From contig CM059438.1 in NCBI GenBank assembly GCA_030390025.1, forward strand, positions 57,724,001 through 57,788,000: a stretch of 64,000 nucleotides of DNA, given 5' to 3'. The notes beneath the pieces are model-generated. The model saw only the letters and a program-made list of their open reading frames with translations. It had not been told where the DNA came from and did no database searches. The position numbers and the translations under genes are program-made. Positions 27,801 through 39,800 of this stretch are shown in pieces; position 1 is the stretch's first letter; the number at the start of each line of letters is the position of its first letter. The DNA is from Squalus acanthias (lineage: Eukaryota).

Positions 27801-30800
27801 ACGTCGCTATCTCCGGGCGAAGGAGATCAGGGCGCGATGCTGTAGCGCTGCCGCAAACCTCCCGGGGATGCTAACAGGAGGCGCAAAGGCACCCAATTTC
27901 GCCCCCCTACTCTCTTATGAGATTCCTACTTGATCCTGAAAAAACATTTTCTGAGGTCCTTTTTATTTTTCATCCCTCCATTTGGTTTCGCACACTTGCA
28001 CAGGATAAAAGCCTGTGTCAACGCATCAGTTCATTTTGATCCAAAGTAGCAAAAGAAATAGGAAACTGTACAATCCCTGCTAGACCTAAGGGGTTATTCC
28101 TGGGTGCGAGAGCAGTGTTTAAAGAATATCTGTTGAAGAACAAAGAAAATCAAACAAGATAGGTAATCTTTTCTTACTTCTTCATTTGGCATCATCCACA
28201 TCACTACTGGCCAGTCGTGCCCAGGAGGAGGGGTGATGAGGTGTCACAAGTATGTTAAAGAGTAAAAGATCATGTATTTATTTTGCTTGTGTCTTCTCAT
28301 GTCCCCCAAGCCCATGGCAATCACCCCCACAGTAGCAACTCTGCAGTAGGCTTCTAATAGAGGTGTCCTAAGCTTTAGGATCCTAATGCCCTGATTCAAG
28401 CTCAGTGCTGCCAAACGCAGTTGATAGGACTCCATGTTGCATTAAGCGTCTTACTTGACATCTGCCAATTCCAGAAATTAATTGCTGAGTCAGTGACTGG
28501 TGAGGTGTGCTTCCAGTCAGTGGAGACACAGTGGACCCAGCAGGTCCTGTCTGCTCTGACCATTACTGGAAGTTGCTTTCATAAGTTTTCCAAGATTCCC
28601 TTGGAGGTGAATCAAAAAATAATGGGCACGATGAACTCTGCAAAGATTAAGGACTGAGACCTTTCCAAGATCCTGAGTAGTGTCTCTTCCCCAATGCAGG
28701 GTTACATTCATTAGGACAGGTTAAAGGTAAATTTTAATTAATGTGTGGACATTCATGTACAATGTTCCTAAGGTATTTCTTTGCTATTTTAAAGGAGCAT
28801 TTAACTCGTTGAAAATAATCATCAGACAAAAGCATTAACAATTGTGCACCAATATTGCACACAGTAAATTACAGGCTATAAATAAAAGACAAATGGAAAA
28901 GAAGAGTAGGGGCAAAGGAAAAAACAGGTTAGCAGAAGTCATACATTTTATTCGTTTTGCAATGTCTATTTAGATTTTGACTAGCTTTATTATTTCAATA
29001 CACAATGGCTACCTCTTTCCAGACAAACATTTTCATCAAATTACTGTAATAATTCAGCAGTGAGTTTTTTGTACTGACCTTTCTTGAGTTAAAGGTGCTC
29101 TCAGTCTTCTAAGAATACAAAAAAAACCAGAACCATTAGAAATACTCTCTAAATATATTGGCATTTCACATTCTGTTGAGAACCCGAGTTTTATCAGCAA
29201 GAAACAGCAAAAAGTGTGAGTTCTGTCAACAACAGTTGTGTTTAGTCTCTGATTGTGGCCTCCTGTCGCTGGCTCTCCCTCCCTGCCACTGGCTAGGTTG
29301 TCCATTTGGCCAGCTGCCAGCAGGGAAATGGAACAAAAATGTATATGAGGTCCTGTCGTTAAGTTCGGCAGGACCTCCGTGTCTCCAAACCTCTGCTGGG
29401 CTCTTTGGCTGTTTTCGGCCTACCCTGCGAACTCTTCACCTCCCCATAAATATCGGGGCCCTGATGTTGGGAACACTCTGGTACTAATGTGTTTTTGAAC
29501 ACAAGGTGATAAAAAAAAATAGGGACAGAGACACAGGTCTAGCAAAGATAGCAAAGTCAGTCAGGTTTTAAAACAGAGCTGCAAAAACATGAAAGGGACT
29601 GGCATTTATATAACACCATATAATTTCTGTCTAAAACACTTCACATAAAATGAATTCCTTTGAATTGGGTGACTGCTATGCATGAAGTGTCCAGAACAGT
29701 TTCCAAATTTAAAAAGCGGGTGAGTTTTTAAATATTCTGTACGGACAATACCAATGTGAGGTACAAAATCTGAAAAAAAACCCTCTAGATTCCCTCTGCA
29801 TAAAAATACAAATATCCCCAAAGACTGGCTCTGCCAGAAAGTGTATCTGGATAGAGCCAGCCCTTGAATATCTTTACTGCATTATTAACATCTCGCACCG
29901 TTGCTACCAGTCCCCAAATCCCAATATTAGGATTAATTACCATGACTTACCAGAAGGTTTGGATTCTGCATTCCCATTAAATGGGAGGAGAGTTACACAT
30001 CCTTTATTACTGTATTCTACTTTCTTTGTTACTATCTCAGATAACCAATAACTTTTCCCTTCCTTTTTCCACCAATTTTCTCCCCTTGTTGCGCAGTGGT
30101 TACAAAGCACTGGACACCACCTACTGCCCCGAATCACTGCTCCATTCCAAAATATCTTTGACTTTGGGAGTGACTCAGACACTTTATTGGGGTCAGAAAG
30201 CGGGTTCCTGATTTCTTTGATGTACTGGAATAAATAAATAGTTTATCTCAGGAAAGGTACTGTAATAATAGAGCAAACTGTGTGTGTTGTACTCACTGCA
30301 CTGGACTTGGAGAACTCGGATACACCCTGAACAAACAAAAACAACAAATCATTTCCTGTGCTGCTGGGATTTCTCACATCAGTTTCTAATAATTTTACTT
30401 CAAGATTTTCACAACAGTCAAAATATAATTTAAACTACAGAGGTCAATAAAACAGAAAGAAAAAACCCCACAACATAACAAGTTCCAAATAGTAACACTA
30501 GGGCGCGATCTTGCTAGCCTGGGGAGGCGGGTATGGAGGCGGGACTGCCAGGAAAATGGTAGAGTCTGGGGGCGGGTGCCCAACCCGCCCCCAACCCGCC
30601 TCCGTGCCATCTTGCCAGGAGGCGGGTAGCCGACCCGCGCCGGGTCTCATCTCCTGGAGGCGGGAAGGGGATTAGTGCCACTTATCTGCCTGTTACCAGG
30701 TAGTTAACAGGCAGATAAGAGGATTATCCCCATTTTACCCACACAAGTGCGGGCTTCCCGAAGGCTCCGAAACCCGCCAGGGTCACCGAGGCGAGCAGTG

Positions 30801-33800
30801 GGTCTGCGGGGGTCGGAGGGGTGCAAACGTGCGCTGTGGAGATAAGTGATGGGTGCAAGTGTGGAGAGGTGAGTATGTGAGGTAAGTGGAAAGTGTTAGT
30901 AAAAGTTTACTTACCTTTGTTTCTTCCTGCAGGCTTCAAGAGTTGGGTATGCGGAGAGTCTCGCATCTCTGCGGCAGAGATGACAGATGGCCGCTGCATT
31001 CTCCAATGCAGCAACCATCTAATTTCTGCTAAATACAGAGGTTTGATGAGATTTGAATTCAAGAACTCGTCAAACTACAGAGAATGTCAGTGTTTGACAG
31101 CTTCACAGAGCTGTCAAATGATGACAGTTCACCTGTCAAAAATTTTTGACAGATGAAACGTCATATGTTGACGTTCTCTGTAACCGGCTTCCCCTTAATT
31201 GGCCTGCTAAACCCGCTGGGCGGGCTTAACAAAGTCAATCAAGGGAAAATAGCGTGGGTTGGCCAGAAGTTGATGGAGGCGGGACTGAAACCCGACAAGT
31301 GGGAGTCCCGCCTCCAAAAGCTCCCCATTGGCAAAATCCAGCCCGAAGTCATGGTTACAAATGAATAAGCATTAAAATATCCAGGGTTAACATGAACTCT
31401 CTGCACCAAAAGCAAACAAAAAGGAAAACCCAAGAAACCAAGGGGGTGAAATTGGATTGGGTCGAAAAACGGGCATGCAGATTGCGATGAGCGATCTGCC
31501 TGTGCCCATTGAAAGTAGTGCAGGCAGCACGCAAAATTCATGCTGCCTGCGCCTTAGCATGATTACACGCTCAGCCCACCACTAAACGTGCTGCTGGTTG
31601 GTGCAGCTCTCAACAAGGGGACCAATCTCGAGTGCAGTTTGCTGTCCAAATAAAGATTGCCTGCAGAGTGAAAGGCTCTCTGCGCTTCTGAAACTTGGTT
31701 GCAGAAGTACCTCATTGTTACTGTAGCTTCAGCAATGGCACTACAGGGGAGAAAAAGGGCACGTTGCTTCTCTGATGCAGCACTGGAGACCCTGGTCTAG
31801 GGGGTATATAGGAGACAGGTCCATTACCCGCAGGGGGGGCTGGAGGACTTCGAGACACGTCAGAAGGCAGAGGGAAGCAATAGCACAAGCTGGCACCGTC
31901 ACTTGATCTGAAACTCCCAGGCTCCAGCTCAGAAAATGGCACTGCGCATACTTTAAAGGGTAGTGTAGAGGCGTGATCTGCACGTGGTGCGTCACCGGGC
32001 ACGAGTGGGTAGCAGCCAGGCCGGGGGAAAGAGCAGTTCAGATGTCAGATCTCCACAGGGTGAGTTTGCACACGGGTTCTGCTGCACAGGACTCAGATGA
32101 GGACTTTGATGGGGCCGCTTTCAGAAGAAGGGTGATGGGCATGCACACAGAAATGCTTGGTGCAACGGCAGGCCTGCCAGAGAGCCTCTTGTCACTGTCA
32201 AGGAGCATGGAGGAGTCCGGCTCCAACATTGCACGGGGCTTTGCGCGGAGCTTGGAGCCCACAATTTCCAAGAATTAAGTGATGGGCAACTCCATTAGAG
32301 CACTTGTGGACCCCACCATGATGCTGGGTGTGATGGGCGATGTCGCAGCTTCTATTGCAGCACAAGCAGAAGCCACCCAACGTCTGAGTGGCAGTGGCTC
32401 CGTGGAGCAAGAATCTGCTGTCCTCTCTCAGGATGACACCATCCTTACTCCCACCACTGCCACTCCGCCAGTGCCTTTGCTGTTGCCTGTCAGCCAGCCA
32501 GCCCAGACTGTTGCCGCCCATGCTGAGCTGGTGCAGTCTACAGCCGGGCCTTCCAGACCCAGAGCTGCTCGAGGTCATCTGCAATGTCCCCCACGGAAAG
32601 TCAGCAGTCTTCCACCAGCCATGCTGCAGCCACTGGGGTAGCACTGCGTAGGAGCACTAGAATAGGCAAAGGAACACGAAAGACAGAGTCTAAGGGAATG
32701 CACAAGGTTGATTAGTTGACTTTGTTATGTAAAATTTGAAATAATAACTTATAAATTATGTTTGGAATGTTTGTTTTGTGGAGGCTTTCATTTCAGCTTT
32801 TTGCCCAAGAGGAGGCTGTGATGTTCTGTGACAGAGGGATGGTAAGGTGGGGAAGTGTTGAGCAACGGGGATCTGGGGGTTCATTCATTGGAACCGGAGT
32901 CTGATGAGGTGCTCCTGGACAGCCTGTCCAGAACAAGGATTTGCTGCCTGTCTCCTCCCTTCTTCCTCTTCCTCTTGCACTGAATGCAGTGAGCACAGAG
33001 TGAACAACTAGGAGTTTGGTAAGTGTGGGAGTTTTAAGGGTTAATCTCTTTTAAAATCTAGTGTTAGTTGCTAATAGCTCTTAAGTAAGATCAACTGTTT
33101 AAGTTAAAATTTAAACTTTACATTTTTAAGTTTCTTCAGGCTTAAGCAGAGACAAACAAGCAAGCTCTCCTGCTGGAGAGCTGCTGTAGTTAGTTAATTA
33201 GCTAACTAGATTAAACTGGTTCCTGAAACAGTAGCAGAGCAGTGCTGACTCATCTGAGTCACAACCAGTATAAACACAGGGGCCTGTGAGTGCAGCCAGC
33301 ACAGAGTGAACAACTGGGAGTTTGGTAAGGGTGGGAGTTCGGTGAAATGGGGGAAGGAGGTGCTTGCTTTTCCTAACTTCTCCCGCAGAGCGGCGGCGGA
33401 CCTGAGCGGGAGCAGACCGAGGCCCGAGAGCGGGGATAAAAGCAGCAGCAGACATGCATCAACAAGAGAAAACGGCAGTGTGACATCACAGGTAAGGCAG
33501 GTAAGTGATTGGTAGTGACTGTGGGCTAAGTTTTAAGTTAACATAACATATAACTAAATTTTAAAAACTAAACTTAATGTAATTAATTGAATAAAGTAAA
33601 CGAGGTAAATAATTTGATTAACACTAAACTAATTAATTAATTAAATAAATAAAATAATGGGAGAACAGGAGATGTGTTGCTGCTGCAATATGTGGGAGCT
33701 TGTGGACATTTTTGTCCAGGGTGACTACATCTACGGTAAGTGTCTGCGGCTCGAGGAACTTCGGCTCTGAGTTGAGAAGCTGGAGTCCGAGCTGCAGACA

Positions 33801-36800
33801 TTGCGAGACATCAGGGAGGGAGAAAGTTACCTGGACCTTTTGCTCCAAGAGGCAGCCACACCCCTTCGATTAAATACTTTAGAATTGACACATGGTCAGG
33901 GACAGGAGGGTGTGACTGCGAGTGAGGCAGGTACGGGATCCAAGAGGTAGTATGGCAGGAGCCTCAGTCCCTGCACTTGTCCAATAGATTCGAGGTTCTT
34001 GCAACCCTTGTGGACAAGTGCGGGGACTGCGGGGAGGACGCGCAAACTGACCACGGCACTGTGGTACAGGAAGCCGTTCAAGTGAGGGGAGTAAAAAGGA
34101 AGGTGATTGTAGTAGGCGATAGTATAGTTAGGGGGATAGACACTGTTCTCTGCAGCCAGGAGCGTGAGTCCCGAAGGCTATGTTGCCTACCCGGTGCCAG
34201 GGTAAAGGACATCTCCTCCGGGCTGGAGGAGAACTTGGGAGTGGGAGGGGGAGGATCCAGTTGTCATGGTCCACGTAGGTACCAACGACATAGGTAGAAA
34301 GAGGGTCTGCTGAGAGAGTTTGAGCAGCTAGGGACTAAATTAAAAGGCAGAACCACAAAGGTCATAATCTCTGGATTATTACCGGAGCCATGAGCAAATT
34401 GGCATAGGGTCAATAGGATCAGGGAGATGAATGCGTGGCTCAAAGACTGGTGTGGGAGAAGTGGGTTTCGATTCGTGGGGCACTGGCACCAGTACTGGGG
34501 AAAGAGAGAGCTGTTCCGTTGGGACGGACTACACCTGAACCATGCTGGGACCAGAGTTCTAGCGAATCGAATAACTAGGGAGGTAGACAGGGCTTTAAAC
34601 TAAATAAGGGGTGGAGGGTCCCAGTGGAGAGAGATCTAGAATGCTAAAGAGAAAAGACAAGGAAGCAGTGCAGGAAAGTGATTGGGGTAAGGATAACCAG
34701 ATTGTGTCAGGAAGGGACAGAGCGTACAAACAAAAGAGTGCACTAAAAAATAGGGTCCGGGTAAGAAAAAATGGTAATAAGACAAATAGGACCATAGTAC
34801 AAAAAAATGTTAAGATGTTTAAAAATGTTAAAAAGACAAATCTAAAGGCATTGTATCTGAATGCACGAAGCATTCGTAATAAGGTAGACGAATTAACAGC
34901 GCAAATAGATGTAAACGGATATGATATCATTGCGATTATGCTGACATGGCTGCAGGGTGACCAAGGCTGGGAGCTGAATATCCAAGGATATTCGATATTT
35001 AGGAAGGACAGGCAAAAGGGAAAAGGAGGTGGGGTGGCGTTGTTAGTAAAGGATGAAATCAGAGCAATAGTGAGAAAGGATATTGGCTCAGAAAATCAAG
35101 ATGTAGAGTCAGTCTGGGTGGAGCTAAGAAGCACCAAAGGGCAGAAAACGTTGGTAGGAGTTGTCTGTAGGCCTCCAAACAGTAGTGGTAATGTAGGGGA
35201 AGGCAACAAACAGGAAATTAGAGATGCATGTAACAAGGGTACTACAGTAATCATGGGTGACTTTAATCTACATATAGGCTGGCCAAACCAAATTAGCAAT
35301 AATACTGTGGAGGACGAATTCCTGGAGTGTGTATGAGATGGTTTTTTAGACCAGTACGTTGAGGAGCCAACTAGGGAACAGGCTATCCTAGATTGGGTAT
35401 TGTGTAATGAGAAGGGATTAATTAATAATCTTGTTGTGCGGGGTCCTTTAGGGAAGAGTGACCATAACATGATAGAATTCTTCATTAAGATGGAAAGTGA
35501 AGAACTCCAATCTGAAACTAAGGTCCTGAATCTAAACAAAGGAAACTACGAAGGTATGAGGAGTGAGTTGGCTATGATAGATTGGGGAGCTTCATTAAAA
35601 GGCATGACGGTAGATAGGCAATGGCGAACATTTAAGGAACAAATGCATGAATTGCAACAGTTATACATTCCTTTCTGGCGCAAAAACACAAAAGGAAAAG
35701 CAGCCCAACCATGGCTAACAAAAGAAATTAAGGAGAGTATTAGATCTGAAGAGGAGTCATATAAAGTTGCCAGAAAAAGTAGCAAGCCTGAGGATTGGGA
35801 GCAGTTTAGAGTTCAGCAAAAAAGGACCAAGAGATTGATTAAGAGGGGAAAAATAGAGTATGAGAGTAAACTTGCAAGGAACATAAAAGCGGACTGTAAA
35901 AGCTTCTACAACTATGGAAAAAGAAAAAGATTAGTGGAGACAAATGTAGGTCCCTTACGGTCAGAAACAGGAGAATTTATAATGGGGAACAAGGAAATGG
36001 CAGAGCAATTAAACAAATACTTTGGTTCTGTCTTCACGGAAGAGGACACCAATAACTTCCCAGAAATGCTAGACAACCAAGGGTCTAGTGAGAAGGAGGA
36101 ATTAAAGGAAATTAGTATTAGTAAAAAAATAGTGCTGGAGAAATTAATGGGACTGAAAGCTGATAAATCCCCAGGACCTGATAATCTGCATCCCAGAGTA
36201 CTAAAAGAGGTAGCCATGGAAATAGTGGATGCATTGGTTGTCATCTTCCAAAATTCTATAGATTATGGAATAGTTCCTGCAGATTGGAGGGTGGCAAATG
36301 TAACCCCACTATTTAAAAAAGGAGGGAGAGAGAAAACAGGGAACTACAGACCGGTTAGTCTAACATCAATAGTAGGGAAAATGCTAGAGTCTATTACAAA
36401 GGATGTGATAACAGGACACTTAGAAAATATCAACGGGATTAGACAAAGTCAACATGGATTTATGAAAGGGAAATCGTGTTTGCCAAACCTACTGGAGTTT
36501 TTTGAGGATGTAACTGGTAGAATAGATAAGGGAGAACCAGTGAATGTGGTGTATTTGGGTTTTCAGAAGGCCTTTAATAAAGTCCCACATAAGAGGTTAG
36601 TGTGCAAAATTAAAGCACATGGGATTGGGGGTAATATACTGGCATGGATTGAAAATTGGTTAACAGACCGGAAACAGAGAGTAGGAATAAATGGGTATTT
36701 TTCGGGGTGGCAGGCGGTGACTAGTGGGGTACCGCAGGGATCAGTGCTTGGGCCCCAGCTATTCACAATATATATCAATGATTTGGATGAGGGAGCCAAA

Positions 36801-39800
36801 TGTAGTATTTCCAAGTTTGCTGACGACACGAAACTAGGTGGGATTGTAAGTTGTGAGGAGGATGCAAAGAGGCTTCAAGGCGATTTAGACAAGTTGAGTG
36901 AGTGGGCAAATACATGGCAGATGCAGTATAATGTGGATAAATGTGAAGTTATCCACTTCGGTCGGAAAAACAGAAAGTATTACTTAAATAGTGATAGATT
37001 GGGAAATGTTGGTGTACAGAGGGACCTGGGTGTCCTTGTACACCAGTCACTGAAAGCAAACATGCAGGTGCAGCAAGCAGTTAGGAAGGCAAATGGTATG
37101 TTGGCCTTCATTGCAAGAGGATTTGAGTACAGGAGCAAGGATGTCTTACTACAGTTATACAGGGCCTTGGTGAGACCACACCTGGAGTACTGTGTGCAGT
37201 TTTGGTCTCCTTACCTAAGAAAGGATATACTTGCCATAGAGGGAGTGCAGCGAAGGTTCACCAGACTGATTCCTGGGATGGCAGGACTGTTGTATGAGGA
37301 GAGATTGGGTCGACTAGGCCTGTATTCACTAGAGTTTAGAAGAATGAGAGGGGATCTCATTGAAACGTATAAAATTCTGACAGGGCTAGACAGCCTGGAT
37401 GTAGGGAGGATGTTTCCCCTGGTTGGGGGGTCTAGAACGAGGGGTCAGTCTCAGGATACGGGGTAGGACATTTAGGGCTGAGATGAGGAGGAATTTCTTC
37501 ACTCAGAGGGTGGTGAACCTGTGGAATTCTCTACCACAGAAGGCTGTGGAGGCCAAGTCACTGAATATATTTAAGAAGGAGATAGATAGATTTCTAGACA
37601 CAAAAGGCATCAAGGGGTATGGGGAGAGAGCGGGAATATGGTGTTGATATAGAGGATCAGCCATGATCATATTGAATGGCGGAGCAGGCTCGAAGGGCCG
37701 AATGGCCGACTCCTGCTCCTATTTTTCTATGTTTCTATGTTTGAGGTGGTCACGGAACCTGTGGTGGCAAGGGCTGCGCCCTCATGATGGCCAAGTTGTG
37801 GAGGATTCAACAGACCACCACGTAATGGGACACCCGCTCCAGCGTGTACTGGAGGGCTCCCCCCAAGCGGTCAAGGCAGCGGAACCGTTGCTTCAGCACC
37901 TCGATGGTCTGCTCGATGATGTTCCTTGTGGCAGCATGGCTGTCATTATATAACTGCTGGCCATGAGTGGTTTGGTTGCAGAGGGGAGTAATCAGCCAGG
38001 TGTAAAGTGGATAGGCCTTGTCACCAAGCTTAACTGGACCAGCCATATAAATACTGTGGCTACAAGAGCAGGTCAGAGGCTAGGTATTCTGCTGCGAGTG
38101 ACTCACCTCCTGACTCTCCAAAGCCTTTCCATCATCTACAAGGCACAAGTCAGGAGTGTGATGGAATACTCTCCACTTGCCTGGATGGGTGCAGCTCCAA
38201 CAACACTCAAGAAGCTTGACACCATCCAGGTCCAAGCAGCCCGTTTGATTGGCACTCCCTCCACCACCGGCGTACCATGGCTGCAGTGTGTACCATCTAC
38301 AAGATGCACTGCAGCAACTCGCCAAAGCATCTTCAACAGCACCTCCCAAACCCGTGACCTCTACCACCTAGAAAGACAAGGGCAGCAGGCTCATGGGAAC
38401 ACCATCACCTGCAAGTTCCTCTCCAAGTCACACACCATCCTGACTTGGAAATATATCGCTGTTCCTTCATTGTCATTGGGTCTATATCCTGGAACTCCCT
38501 CCCTAACAGCACCGTGGGAGTACCTTCACCTCACGGACTGCAGTTGTTCAAGAAGGTACCACAGAAGGCAGTTGAGGCCAAGTCAGTAAATATATTCAAG
38601 AAGGAGTTAGATATATTTCTTAAGGCTAAAGGTATCAAGGGATATGGGGAGAAGGCAGGGACAGGGTACTGAATTTGGATGATCAGCCATGATCTCATCG
38701 AATGGCGGAGCAGGCTCGAGGGGCCGAATGGCCTACTCCTGCTCCTATCTTCTATGTTTCTAAGGCAGCTCACCACCACCTTCTCAAGGGCAATTAGGGA
38801 TGGGCAATAAACGCTGGCCTTGCAATCGATGACCATATGACATGAAAAAATAAAAAAAAACACACTGCTAAATGCACCACACCCCCATCACTCACCGACC
38901 TACAATCTCTACTAAACTCGAGGCACGCCTCACATTCCCAGATTCACCTCACCCTCATACACTTATCACTGCTGTAAGCCTTACACCCACATCTCACACC
39001 ATGCACACACTGTTAGCTATTCAACCATGATAAGCACATCACCCAAACACATTGTACCACACTCACTGACATACTTCCCTATCTCTTGCGGTTCAAGGTG
39101 GCTTATAACAGGAGAGAGCAGCAGCGAACCAGCGGGGGACAGGCAAGGCGACATGTCCTCAACCCCAAGGAGGAGACGGTGCTGCAGATAATTGAAGGGA
39201 CCATCACTGAGGCCGTGGCGAGCGGCAACGTTGAAAATATTCAAGATTATGGATTGCTCATACTTAATCCTCCTTTTCACATCCAAGTTCCCCCTCATTC
39301 AAATCTCCTCTCACTTGCAAACTGCTGATGATGTAAGCATGCACATCTTACTTTACCCACCTCCCCTCACCACAACCCAACCCTTGTGCCTTTCTCCTTT
39401 CAGATACCCAAGACCTCCAAGCTGTCCAGCAAGTGGTAGAAGAGGAGATTTTTGAAGAAGAACAGACACCGTCACCCGATCCGACACTCACAGGCACCAG
39501 CTCAGATATTGACACTGTGCGGATTTTAGAGGGTATTATAGAGGTGGGATCTGCACGTGGTGACTCACCGGGTACGAATGGGCAGCAGCCAGGCCAGGGG
39601 GAAAGGGTAGCGCAGAGGACAACTCTTCGGAGGGCAAGCTCGCACACGCATTCTGCTGCACAGGACTCAGATGAGGACTTTGATGGGGCGGCCTGCAGAA
39701 GAACGGTGATGGGTATACTTATAGAAATGCTTGGTACATTGGCAGGCCTGTCAGAGAGCCTGTTGCCATTGTTAAATAGCATGGAGGAATTTGGCACCAA

